DNA of 63,619 nt from an uncultured Gammaproteobacteria bacterium (GCA_964609095.1 CAZSQN010000004.1:14663-78281); one strand, 5' to 3'; positions 10,141 through 19,317 are shown, counted from the stretch's first letter. Notes: a model not told the origin generated them from the sequence alone. A program made the numbers and translations.

Positions 10141-10314
10141 TGCCTCCGAGAGGATTTGAACCTCTAACCCCTTTCAGCGATCCCGATAGGGTGGGCGAGA
10201 GAGGACTCGAACCTCTAAGGCCTTTCAGCCACTGGGTCCTAAGCCCAGCGCGTCTGCCAATTTCGCCACTCGCCCACCTCATCGGGACGCTTTTACCAGT
10301 TCCGCCACGGAGGC
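10141..10314 (-). tRNA. Split type-II tRNA-like gene (halves 10276-10314 and 10141-10191) enclosing tRNA-Leu(TAG) where its anticodon loop should be
   Basis: Acceptor gcctccg/cggaggc (7 bp). D arm tg-gcg-gaactggtaaaag-cgt. T arm agagg-ttcaaat-cctct. Long variable arm similar to the inner Leu gene. The anticodon stem ccgat/atcgg is joined to the inner tRNA by gaggt and ccct linkers. Confidence 0.45.
10192..10275 (-). tRNA. tRNA-Leu (anticodon TAG)
   Basis: gggcgag-tg-gcg..cgc-g-ctggg-cttagga-cccag-long variable arm-agagg-ttcgagt-cctct-ctcgccc-a. No encoded CCA. Confidence 0.85.
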
Positions 10315-10432
10315 AGATTTAAGCTGACAACTTGAAAAAGTATAGCTGATTTTGCAATCAAAGTCCACCATTTGACTGCCGGGCTGAAAAATGGTAATCT
10401 TTCTTATAAAGAGATAATTATACTTTAATTTT

Positions 10433-10855
10433 ATGGGGGTTCAGAAATTAAATCCAACATGCAATCTTGCCACCGTCCGAGACGGGCGGGGAGGTATTTT
10501 TACCTTTTATCCCAAGGACCCGGTCGTGGAATTTAACTTTTTGTTTGTTAACAAGAACAGGATAAGAGGAAACCATTATCATCCGGAGTTTGATGAATAT
10601 TTTTTGGTGACTTCCGGCGAAGGAGTTATGGTGACCAAATCCGAAGACGGAAAAGAAGAATTTGTTTATTTAGGCAAAGGCGAATGCGCTTATTCGCCAA
10701 AAAACACAAAACATGTTTTTTACGCCATTACGGATTGCACTGTCGTCGCCCTCCTGACAAAAAAATGGGACGATTGCAACCCGCCGATTGTTCATGAGAA
10801 TTTGGGCATGGGCGCGGGCGATCATGGCGACCCAAATTATCAGGGACCAAAATAA
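10433..10855 (+). CDS. Cupin-fold sugar epimerase/isomerase-like protein
   Basis: 140 aa. RGNHYHPEFDEYFLVTSGEG is a cupin motif, and the gene sits in a sugar-modification neighbourhood. Confidence 0.55.
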   Translation: MGVQKLNPTCNLATVRDGRGGIFTFYPKDPVVEFNFLFVNKNRIRGNHYHPEFDEYFLVTSGEGVMVTKSEDGKEEFVYLGKGECAYSPKNTKHVFYAITDCTVVALLTKKWDDCNPPIVHENLGMGAGDHGDPNYQGPK

Positions 10856-11909
10856 TTTTTTTAAAGTGAATTCATCGTCTAAAAAAATAAGATTCGGAAT
10901 TATAGGATGTTCCAGAGTTGTTAAAAAATCCATGGTTCGCGCCATGGATAATTCTGTTTTGGCGGAGCTTGCCGCAATCGGAAGCAGAAGCGGGGAAAAA
11001 GCGCTTGAATTTTGCCTGACTGCGAGCGAATTAGCTCAGGCAGGCCGGCAGGCGCGGGGCGCCGTTTACGGAACTTACGACGAAGTCATAAATAATAATG
11101 AAGTTGACGCGGTTTACGTATCTTTGCCCAACGCGCTCCATGAAGAATGGGCAATCAAAGCGGCCAGAGCCGGCAAGCATGTTTTGTGCGAGAAATCGGC
11201 CGCGACTTCTTATGCCGCGGCTAAAAAGATGGTTGAGAGCTGCAAGCAAAACGATGTTCGCTTAATGGAAGGATTTATGTTCAGATATCATCCGCAGCAT
11301 CAGGAAATAAGAAGGATGATTGAAAGCGGAGTTTTGGGAGATTTGTTAAAATTTAACGGATGTTTTGCTTATCCAATGCCGGAAGACGGCAGCAATGTAA
11401 TGAATAAAGATTTGGGCGGAGGTTCATTAAACGATTCCGCTTGTTATCCCGTCTGCGCGAGCAGAATGATTTTTCGGGAAGAGCCGCTTAGCGCGGTCTG
11501 CAGTTTAAAGATTGACGCGCAAAAAGGAATTGACACGAAAGCGGATATTTTGCTCGTATATCCCGGGGGGAAATCCGCCTTCGTCTCTTCGGCTTTTGGC
11601 TCCTGTTTTCAGTCAACTTACAGCGTGCTGGGAAGCCGCGCCCGGGCGGAGGCAAAAAGAGCTTACGCCGTTCCTTTTGATATGGCCGTAAAAATTATTT
11701 TAGATACCGGGGACAGGAGCGATGAGGTAACGATAGGACCCGCAGACCATTTTAAGCTGATGGTTGATGATTTTTGCGGCGAGATATTAAAAGGAAAAAA
11801 GAGCGAAAAAAATTTTGAAGAGGATTTGCTTGCGCAGGCCAAGGTTCTTGAAGCGGCCAGAGTTTCTCACGGAGAAAAGCGCATAGTGAATATAGGCGAG
11901 ATAGAATAA
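10824..11909 (+). CDS. Gfo/Idh/MocA-family NAD(P)-dependent oxidoreductase
   Basis: IRFGIIGCSRV Rossmann start and an EKS motif (HVLCEKSAA). The start is uncertain (ATG 10824 or GTG 10863); the track ORF starts at 10788. Confidence 0.7.
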   Translation: MATQIIRDQNNFFKVNSSSKKIRFGIIGCSRVVKKSMVRAMDNSVLAELAAIGSRSGEKALEFCLTASELAQAGRQARGAVYGTYDEVINNNEVDAVYVSLPNALHEEWAIKAARAGKHVLCEKSAATSYAAAKKMVESCKQNDVRLMEGFMFRYHPQHQEIRRMIESGVLGDLLKFNGCFAYPMPEDGSNVMNKDLGGGSLNDSACYPVCASRMIFREEPLSAVCSLKIDAQKGIDTKADILLVYPGGKSAFVSSAFGSCFQSTYSVLGSRARAEAKRAYAVPFDMAVKIILDTGDRSDEVTIGPADHFKLMVDDFCGEILKGKKSEKNFEEDLLAQAKVLEAARVSHGEKRIVNIGEIE

Positions 11910-11934
11910 CGACCTTTCACAATAAGGAGGAGCG

Positions 11935-12654
11935 ATGAGAACGATTGTTTTTGGCGTGATGCTGTTTTCGGCTTGTATTTCGGAAGAGAGAATGTGCTGC
12001 CGCGGTGTTCCGCAAAAGGCCAGTCGCCGCAGTTCGGCTAGTTCCGTGGAAGAAATCGTCGTAAGGCAAAACAGCTTTGAAGATAATGCCGGAGCGACTG
12101 TTTCGTTAAATTCGGGATTTGTAAGGGGTTCCGGAATCTTCATAAACCGTGAAGGGGACATTCTCACTTCTTTGCATTTGGTGCCGGAAGGCGCTGATCC
12201 GATGCGTGTTGCCTGGCGCGTGAGCGGCAGAACCAGAAGTTTTGCCGCGGAAAGCCTGTACTGGCACGGGCAGCTGGATTTGCTGGTGCTCCGGAGCGGA
12301 GCGCAGCCGGAGCATTACGCGAGATTCGCGGACGGCAGAGCGTTGGGCAAGAGATGTCCGGCCTACGCAATCGGAAGAAGGCCGGGAAACGGCGTGGTGA
12401 AATTTCACGGAATATATTTGGGAGACGGGTTCCCTTACGCCGGCGCCGGCAGCAAGGTTTCAAACTATCTTTTGTCTCTGGCCATGTTTTCCTCCGGAGG
12501 AGGAATTTTTGCGAGCGAAGATAACTCGCTTATCGGCATAAGCCGTTTGAACATAAACGAGAGCCAAACGCCGGTTCCGGTTTACGGAGCGGCTGTCGGA
12601 GATATCAAGCTCTTTCTAAGATGCCATCGCATTAATTTTGAAGAAGTTGAATGA
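11935..12654 (+). CDS. Trypsin-like (S1/HtrA-type) serine protease-like lipoprotein
   Basis: 239 aa. Signal/lipobox MLFSAC, then GSGIFINREGDILTSLHLV, LDLLVL and SSGGGIF, which resemble the His/Asp/Ser regions. Confidence 0.55.
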   Translation: MRTIVFGVMLFSACISEERMCCRGVPQKASRRSSASSVEEIVVRQNSFEDNAGATVSLNSGFVRGSGIFINREGDILTSLHLVPEGADPMRVAWRVSGRTRSFAAESLYWHGQLDLLVLRSGAQPEHYARFADGRALGKRCPAYAIGRRPGNGVVKFHGIYLGDGFPYAGAGSKVSNYLLSLAMFSSGGGIFASEDNSLIGISRLNINESQTPVPVYGAAVGDIKLFLRCHRINFEEVE

Positions 12655-12735
12655 AAAAAACCTGTCTGCCGTGCTAACGGCACAGGCAGGCCGCCATCTC
12701 CATATGGCGGCTTTTGTTTTATGATGCTTGTAATC
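12612..12735. repeat. Direct repeat copy 1 (3' end of protease gene plus terminator), repeated at 13881-14037
   Basis: Both copies share ctttctaagatgcca.cgcattaattttgaaga, aaaaacctgtctgcc, aacggcacaggcaggccgc..tccatatggcggc and ttatgatgct.gtaa. Confidence 0.85.
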
Positions 12736-12739
12736 AAAT

Positions 12740-13030
12740 TTAAGATATTTTAAATTTAGATTTATTTATTTTTTCCAACATGGTTATGGTAAGAGAAACA
12801 GATGGATTTTTGGTGTTTTTTAATATTAAATGCTCCCCAAACTGTTTTAAGAGCGGAGTTAAGAATTCATCTCCCCAGGAGGGCGAAAAGGCGCTTACGC
12901 CGTCAAAATCAACAAACAATTCTTCGCCATTTTTAACAGTTGCCAGCGTGGGCAAAAAAGCCGCATAGGCCTCTTTGCCCGATTGGCGGGAAGTAAGCAC
13001 CGAGCCGAATTTGCTTAAATAAATATTCAT
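12740..13030 (-). CDS. STAS-like (DUF4325-type) small protein
   Basis: 96 aa. LTSRQSGKEAY...LFVDFDGVSAFSPSWGDEFL matches the pattern I recall for STAS-like DUF4325 partners of GHKL ATPases. Confidence 0.6.
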   Translation of the reverse strand: MNIYLSKFGSVLTSRQSGKEAYAAFLPTLATVKNGEELFVDFDGVSAFSPSWGDEFLTPLLKQFGEHLILKNTKNPSVSLTITMLEKINKSKFKIS

Positions 13031-13040
13031 AATATTCCAA

Positions 13041-13775
13041 TTAAAATTTTATAAAAGCTAAACAGCCGCGAATTGGGCTATCCGCTTTTTTGATTTTTAA
13101 TTTTGAATCGTTTTTTCGGATTTCCAGAATAGAATCGCCTGATTGAAATTTTAAATTCGCCCCCGCTTTCGCTATGGCCGCTTTTACGTACTTTAATCCA
13201 TTGCCCCTGTGCTCCGGCGCTCTGCCGGTGATAAATTCTGTAAAAGCCGCATTTAACGCTTCTTCATCATTTTTAAGATTAGGCCGTATTCGGCGCAGCG
13301 TGGCTAAAATGCCCACGCCGCGATCGGCAAGAACAATAATTCGCTTGCCTAAATCATAGGCAAACAAGATGCCCTTTGTATCCGGCCAATTTCCCAGGTT
13401 ATGATCAAAGGAGTTATTACCGATCTCTCCTGCGGCTGACGATATAAGCGACGCGATTTCTTGGAGATCGGGGTGGGCATCAATTTCGTGCGCCATTCTT
13501 TCGTGCCGCGCTTTAAAGACATCGCTGGTCGCGGAATAGAAGTCATGCTCCGGCAAATAAGGATGTTCTGCGCCAGCCCATTCTTCCGCAAGCCGAAAGA
13601 TACCCTTGGTTTTTTTATTCAGATCGGCCAGCGAGTAGTACCTATGGCCTCCGGGCGAAACAAAGGTTGCCTTAAAAGTTCCGCTATTATGCCAACGGCG
13701 GAGGGTAGTTTGGGTCACGCCAAGGTATTCAGCGGCCTTTTTGATAGAAATGAGGTTTTTGGGAGAATTGGCCAT
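13041..13775 (-). CDS. MerR/excisionase-type HTH fused to a GHKL (histidine-kinase-like) ATPase domain
   Basis: 244 aa. N-terminal ISIKKAAEYLGVTQTTLRRWHNSG, then the N-box EIGNNSFDHN, G1 DRGVGI and G2 GNGLKY. Confidence 0.7.
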   Translation of the reverse strand: MANSPKNLISIKKAAEYLGVTQTTLRRWHNSGTFKATFVSPGGHRYYSLADLNKKTKGIFRLAEEWAGAEHPYLPEHDFYSATSDVFKARHERMAHEIDAHPDLQEIASLISSAAGEIGNNSFDHNLGNWPDTKGILFAYDLGKRIIVLADRGVGILATLRRIRPNLKNDEEALNAAFTEFITGRAPEHRGNGLKYVKAAIAKAGANLKFQSGDSILEIRKNDSKLKIKKADSPIRGCLAFIKF

Positions 13776-13880
13776 ATCTGCTGATATTATACATTATTAT
13801 ACAGATCTGTCAAATCTATACAAAATTATACATTTTTTCGAAATCTATACATTAGGCAGCTCTGCCACCGGCAGGCAGGG

Positions 13881-14037
13881 CTTTCTAAGATGCCACCGCA
13901 TTAATTTTGAAGAGACAGAATAAAAAAACCTGTCTGCCCTGCCTGCATCGCGGACGCGACAGGCAGGCATGTCAACGGCACAGGCAGGCCGCTATTCCAT
14001 ATGGCGGCCTGTGTTTTTTTATTATGATGCTCGTAAC
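13881..14037. repeat. Direct repeat copy 2 (orphan copy of the protease 3' end plus terminator, with a ~35-bp extra insert)
   Basis: Encodes an orphan ..FLRCHRINFEETE* matching the protease C-terminus ..FLRCHRINFEEVE*. Confidence 0.85.
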
Positions 14038-14223
14038 ATTGTCTCTTAGTCGCACGACTGTGCGACAATCAATCCAACCATAGCCTAATTCGTACGAATA
14101 TGACTATGGTTTACAACCTCAAACTGTACCCCTTATTCGCGCGCATGCCCCGTAGTGAGCTTTGCTCTACTACTGGGGAATAAGAGAATAGTGTTTTGAA
14201 AAATGCTCCGCGCGGAGCATTTT

Positions 14224-14514
14224 TCATTCTTGTTTTTTAGGTTTCATCATGAGGCAGGCGGGGGTATCAAAATTTTGTTCGCCCCAAACAAAGGTACATT
14301 CTTGGCATATTCGTTTTAATGATCCTGAATTTATGAAAATGCAGCCGCCGGATTGTCTGCTCCGCTGCGCTTCGTCGTTATCCTTATCATTGCTGCTAAT
14401 CTGGATAGCTATTTTTGTAGAACGGCACATAGGGCAATGCTCTCTAACGCTTTGCTCGGAGGTTACATCCGGTTTTGTTTTTAAACCTAATAGGTTTTTG
14501 ATGAAGGACATCAT
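14224..14514 (-). CDS. Small Cys-rich (zinc-ribbon-like) protein
   Basis: 96 aa with CPMC ... CQEC pairs. No obvious SD. Confidence 0.4.
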   Translation of the reverse strand: MMSFIKNLLGLKTKPDVTSEQSVREHCPMCRSTKIAIQISSNDKDNDEAQRSRQSGGCIFINSGSLKRICQECTFVWGEQNFDTPACLMMKPKKQE

Positions 14515-14893
14515 AATGTTATTCTAAAATATAAATATTTTTTTAGCTAATTTATTGTAATAATTCACATTATCATTGTATTCCGAAACTTTTTTATTAT
14601 ACTGTGCCCCTAATTTCCCATAGCTCTCGACCAACTCATTATATTTTGGCACCAGTTCATTATACTTTTCGTATTCCTCATTATTTTTTTATCCATAAAT
14701 TATATATTCTTATTTATAAAACGGCGCCAAACATAGATGGTGATTATAGTAAAAGGTATAGGAGCAAAACGCCTGGTATGGCGATAGTCATCGCCGATAA
14801 TTATCTTCCAAGCAAAATATACCGATAAAATTAGAACAATTATTTTTAACCAATTATAAATATTCTTTTTGTCCATAATTATAGAATCGTTAT

Positions 14894-15304
14894 TTAAATG
14901 AATTGTCTTAGCTCTATTAAAAGTTTATTGCCCAATTTTAAAGCCAATTCACAATCCGCCTCTGTGAGTTTTTTTGCGGTATACATTTTATGAGCCAATA
15001 CAACGCGCTTTTCGTTATACTGTTTCAGATCTTCCGTTATTGATAATTCTATACTATTTTTAACACAGATTCTAAAATTATGTATTAATTCGCCCAATGT
15101 TTGTTTTTCTAAACACTCGATTAATTTTTTATTAGGTAAAATTATTCTTTTTAAAATTACGCATAATAAATATATTTGAACTTCATTCGTCTGAATAATA
15201 AATTGGCCATATTTACTATTGCGGCGAATGAGTTTTTGTTCAATCATCCGTTCAATCAATTTCTTTTTTATATTTTCTGTGCTAATTTCATTTTCAATTT
15301 TCAT
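14894..15304 (-). CDS. Hypothetical protein with HEPN-like Rx4H motif
   Basis: 136 aa, helical-looking, in a very AT-rich locus. RVVLAH sits in the C-terminal half. Confidence 0.45.
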   Translation of the reverse strand: MKIENEISTENIKKKLIERMIEQKLIRRNSKYGQFIIQTNEVQIYLLCVILKRIILPNKKLIECLEKQTLGELIHNFRICVKNSIELSITEDLKQYNEKRVVLAHKMYTAKKLTEADCELALKLGNKLLIELRQFI

Positions 15305-15560
15305 ATGTTGTTAATTCGTTGGTTTGAAAAATAATTTCATCATCAACGCGACAAACGTTACTATCAATAAGAATTCTCTTAACCCTACTTTTTTTATTTA
15401 ATAATTTTTTCATTAGATCTTCTATTTGTTTATTTGTTGGTAGTGAATCAAATTTCAATACAGAAATTGCTGTTTTGGAAATTTCCAAATCAATGACACC
15501 ATCAATTTTATATCTATATCCATCCTTGCCGTTATTTCTAGGTATGATTTTGATGTCCAT
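15294..15560 (-). CDS. Hypothetical small protein, overlaps the downstream ORF by 11 nt
   Basis: 88-aa ORF in the same AT-rich island. The overlap suggests translational coupling. Confidence 0.4.
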   Translation of the reverse strand: MDIKIIPRNNGKDGYRYKIDGVIDLEISKTAISVLKFDSLPTNKQIEDLMKKLLNKKSRVKRILIDSNVCRVDDEIIFQTNELTTYEN

Positions 15561-15823
15561 ATAAACGATTTTAAATTGATTTATATCTTAATTATATCAT
15601 AAATAACCCGCACCAAATGGGAGTGCTAAAAGGCAGTAAACATTTAAACACCCCCATCCTAATATAGGATTGTAAAAAATAGCCGGTTTGAGTAAGCCCC
15701 GCACTTATTTTGAGATAAGTACGGGGTAAAATTTGACCCCTTGGGGGGTAGTAGAGCTTTGCTTCACTACCCCCCTTGCAAGGCGGCTTTTGTTTATATA
15801 AGGTATATCGAGAATTATGAATT

Positions 15824-17755
15824 ATGAATAAGGAATTAATCACCGCTAAGCGAGATCCCGTTCGCGGGAGAATTAAGAATTTGAGAAGGGCTTTGTTTAT
15901 TTTTTTGTTGGCATTTCCGGCTGCGGTTTACGCAGGCGCGACTGATGTTCATATTACGGAAATAATGTATAACGCCGTCGGAACAGGTACAAGCCACGAA
16001 TGGGCGGAACTTTGGAATGGTGGAAGCGAACCTGTCACTATCGTTGGCGGGCGCAGTGCCATCGGTTGGAGATTTTATGATGGGGGCAATCATATATTCG
16101 GCACAACTCCCGTGCAAGGGTCGCTAACTCTTTTGCCTGGAGATTTTTTGATACTGTCAGTTGCGTCAAATATCTTTCTTGCTGATCACCCGGATTTTAC
16201 CGGCAACCTTGTGGAGGTTAGTCTTGATTTCAAAAAAACAAGTGGAACCCTCTTTTTGCGTATAGATACAGATGGAACGCCGTGGGGCGAGGCAACTTAC
16301 AGCAATGCTCAAGGCGCGAATGGCAACGGAAAAACTTTGGAGTGGAATCGCGCGACTAATGCCTGGAGCGAGAGCGCGAATGTCGGCGGAAGTCCGGGAA
16401 GTTTTGGCGCTACTCCTAATGTGCCAACGCCAGCTCCCGAACCTCAACCTGCGCCAGAGCCAAATCCGGCGCCTCCTCTGGAAGAACAGAGTCAGCAAAC
16501 TGCTAACAGCTTACAGCCTACAGCCGATAGCTTACAGCAAAGTTATGATTTAACTGCGGATTTGAAAATCTCCGAATTTCTGCCAAACCCGGCGGGAAGC
16601 GATATGGAAGAATGGATTGAGATTTACAATCCGATGGACCGAGTGGCGGATTTGACCGGCTGGAAGGTTGATGATAGTGAAGGCGGAAGTAATCCTTATG
16701 AATTTCCGTCCGGCAGTCAGATTCAGCCCGGCGCGTATGAGATTTTTTCAAGAAAACTGACCAGTTTGCAGTTGAATAATGATTTGGACTCGGTTCGTTT
16801 GATTCGTCCTGACGGCACAATCAAAGACGAAGTTGCCTATGGCGAAGCGCCGGAAGGACAAAGTTATGCCAAAGACGGAATTGTTTGGAAATGGACGGAA
16901 TCACTCACGCCGGGCGCAGAGAATGTGTTTCCGCAGCCAACGGCTGATAGCCAATCACCGCAAGGCGGGACCCCGTTCGCGGGGCAGCCAACGGCTGGGA
17001 GCGTGCAGCCAACAGACGGGAGTGAGAATCAGGAAGCAGTTGCGGAAAATCAGGAATCACCGAAAAAACAGACAAAATCCTCAAATAAAAATCAGAAATT
17101 TACATTTGAAGGAGTTGTAACCGTCTTGCCCGGCGTCTTTGGCACGCAATATTTTTACGCGCAAAATCAAAGCCGCGGTTTGCAGATTTACATGAACAAA
17201 AAAGATTTTCCGTCAATGGAAGTCGGAACAAAAATACGCGCGTCCGGAGTTATGGGCGCGGCCTATGGCGAAGACCGGCTGAAATTAAGCTCAAAAGACG
17301 ATATTGTTGTTTGGGGAGAAGGGGAAATCGCGCCGGAGGAACTCGCGCCGGAAGAATTAAATGATTCAAAAATAGGAAAATTGGTTCTTGTTTCCGGAGA
17401 AGCGGTTGATAGCGGCAAGAGCGGCTTTACCTTGGCTTCCGGCGATTCTGAATTTGAAATTGTTTGGAAAAAGGGAGCGGGTGATATGCCGGATGTTTTC
17501 CCCGGCGACGAAGTTAAAATCGCAGGCATAGTCCAGAAGAATAAAAAAACTTTTAAGATATTACCGCGCGGAGCGGAAGATGTTGAGACAATTAAAAAGG
17601 CCGGGAATGTTTCTTTGGAAAAAAGAAAAAAAGAAAAGCCGGGATTAAATCCTTTGGTTTATGTTTTTGCCCCCTTGTTTGCGGCCGGTATGGCCATGGG
17701 CGTAAAGAGATTGGGTAAAAAAAGAGAGCTTGGCGCGGAATCAGAAAAACTTTAA
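15824..17755 (+). CDS. Lamin-tail-domain (LTD) surface protein with C-terminal membrane anchor
   Basis: 643 aa with two LTD-like segments (HITEIMYNAVG..EWAELWN and KISEFLPNPAGSDMEEWIEIYN..LTGWKV). N-terminal signal/TM and a C-terminal hydrophobic helix. Confidence 0.7.
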   Translation: MNKELITAKRDPVRGRIKNLRRALFIFLLAFPAAVYAGATDVHITEIMYNAVGTGTSHEWAELWNGGSEPVTIVGGRSAIGWRFYDGGNHIFGTTPVQGSLTLLPGDFLILSVASNIFLADHPDFTGNLVEVSLDFKKTSGTLFLRIDTDGTPWGEATYSNAQGANGNGKTLEWNRATNAWSESANVGGSPGSFGATPNVPTPAPEPQPAPEPNPAPPLEEQSQQTANSLQPTADSLQQSYDLTADLKISEFLPNPAGSDMEEWIEIYNPMDRVADLTGWKVDDSEGGSNPYEFPSGSQIQPGAYEIFSRKLTSLQLNNDLDSVRLIRPDGTIKDEVAYGEAPEGQSYAKDGIVWKWTESLTPGAENVFPQPTADSQSPQGGTPFAGQPTAGSVQPTDGSENQEAVAENQESPKKQTKSSNKNQKFTFEGVVTVLPGVFGTQYFYAQNQSRGLQIYMNKKDFPSMEVGTKIRASGVMGAAYGEDRLKLSSKDDIVVWGEGEIAPEELAPEELNDSKIGKLVLVSGEAVDSGKSGFTLASGDSEFEIVWKKGAGDMPDVFPGDEVKIAGIVQKNKKTFKILPRGAEDVETIKKAGNVSLEKRKKEKPGLNPLVYVFAPLFAAGMAMGVKRLGKKRELGAESEKL

Positions 17756-19270
17756 CCATCCTTTATTTTTAAGCGCCAATTTAAATATTTTTACATATTC
17801 CTCGGCCGAATGCTCCCAGGAGAAATTCGTTTCCATGGCTCTTTTTTGAAGCGCGCGCCAGGCGTCTTTGTGCCGCCAGTTTGTATAGGCCCTGGTGAGG
17901 GCGAATAAGAAAGAATTCGCCTCAAATTCGTCAAAAAGAAATCCCGTGCCGCTATTTTTCTTCGGATTAAAATCTTCAATTGAGTCGGCCAGCCCGCCCA
18001 CGCGGCGCGCCACCGGTATGGCCCCGAAACGCATTGCTTCCATTTGCGTGAGCCCCGAAGGCTCAAATTTTGAAGGAATCAAAACAACGTCGGCTCCGGC
18101 AAATATCAAATGCGGGAGCGTTGCGTCAAATTGGAGTTTGGCGCGCACCTGGCCGGGAAACGCCTCTTCCAGCCGGCGGAAGTAGTCCATAAACGCGGTA
18201 TCTCCCTCTCCCACTAAAATGAGCTGTCCGCCGCTTTCTTTTAAAAAGCTTTCCATTATCGGCTCAAAAAGGCCAATGCCCTTTTGGCCGGTTAAGCGCG
18301 AAACAAGCCCGCAGACAAAGACGTCTTTATTTTGAGGCAGGCCCATTTTTTCCTGAAGCGCGAGCTTGTTTTTATCCCGGGCTTCAATATTTTTTGAAGA
18401 GAATTTTTCGGCAAGGCCGGGGTCGGATTGCGGATTATTTGTTTCGTAATCAATTCCGTTAAGTATTCCGTAAACCTGCTTTTTTCGCGCGCGGAGCAGG
18501 CCATCCAGTCCGGCGCCGAACTCCGGCGTCATTATCTCTTTGGCGTAGGTTGGAGAAACGGTAATAATGAGGTCGGCATATTTTATGCCCCGCTTTAGGG
18601 AATTGATATTATTTAATTTCGGATCAAGGAAATCGGGAATGGGCCCATTCCCGTCGTCATCGTCTTCCGGGGGAATGAATTTATAGTTTCTGGTCATTCC
18701 CTGGGAGGCGAGATTGTGTATCGTCAGCACGGAAGCTATATTTTTAAGCTTTTTTGATTTTTTATATTCGTGTTTAAGGTAATTGGGAACGTATCCGGTC
18801 ATCCAGTCGGTGGAAACAATAATATCCGGCAGCCAGTCGTTTGTTTTTTCCAAAAACTCAAGACAGCCGCGCGAGAGCAGGGCAAAGCGGATGGCGTCGT
18901 CGGCATAGCCGTAGACGTTGGAACGGAGCTCGTAATACTCCCGGTTTTCCAGAAAATAGGTAGTGACCGGAGAAAACTTGTCTTTTGTGGCATCAAGCTT
19001 GCGCACGTTGCAGATAAGTTTTTTGCTTTTGGGATCGGGTCCGCTTGGAACGCCCAGGGATTCCATTATATATGGGGCCCAGTGCGCCGTCTTGTCTATG
19101 GTTCCATAGTGGGGCAGCATGACGCGGGCGTCGTGGCCGAGGAGCTTTAGAGCCCGCGGCAGGGAAAACATCACCTCGCCCAATCCCCCTACTTTGGCAA
19201 AAGGGGCCCTTTCAGATGTAATAAAAAGGATTTTTAATCCTTTTTTAAGTCCCAAAGTCATATTATTCAT
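17741..19270 (-). CDS. glgA: Glycogen/starch synthase (GT5)
   Basis: 509 aa with N-terminal KILFITSERAPFAKVGGLGEV, the KxGGL motif. Confidence 0.9.
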   Translation of the reverse strand: MNNMTLGLKKGLKILFITSERAPFAKVGGLGEVMFSLPRALKLLGHDARVMLPHYGTIDKTAHWAPYIMESLGVPSGPDPKSKKLICNVRKLDATKDKFSPVTTYFLENREYYELRSNVYGYADDAIRFALLSRGCLEFLEKTNDWLPDIIVSTDWMTGYVPNYLKHEYKKSKKLKNIASVLTIHNLASQGMTRNYKFIPPEDDDDGNGPIPDFLDPKLNNINSLKRGIKYADLIITVSPTYAKEIMTPEFGAGLDGLLRARKKQVYGILNGIDYETNNPQSDPGLAEKFSSKNIEARDKNKLALQEKMGLPQNKDVFVCGLVSRLTGQKGIGLFEPIMESFLKESGGQLILVGEGDTAFMDYFRRLEEAFPGQVRAKLQFDATLPHLIFAGADVVLIPSKFEPSGLTQMEAMRFGAIPVARRVGGLADSIEDFNPKKNSGTGFLFDEFEANSFLFALTRAYTNWRHKDAWRALQKRAMETNFSWEHSAEEYVKIFKLALKNKGWLKFF

Positions 19271-19317
19271 ATGATAACATGTTACGAAGCGGTTTTCTAT
19301 CTTTTGTGTAATTGTAC

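Noticed and set aside
10005-10322. 105-aa plus-strand and 69-aa minus-strand ORFs over the tRNA-Leu locus
   Set aside because: Both run straight through the nested tRNA structures and there is no independent coding evidence.
12612-14037. Integron gene cassette / attC interpretation of the repeat-bounded cassettes, and a diversity-generating retroelement explanation for the repeated gene 3' end
   Set aside because: There is no IntI integrase, no recognisable RYYYAAC/GTTRRRY core sites and no reverse transcriptase anywhere in the window. The repeated segments look like ordinary terminators plus gene ends.
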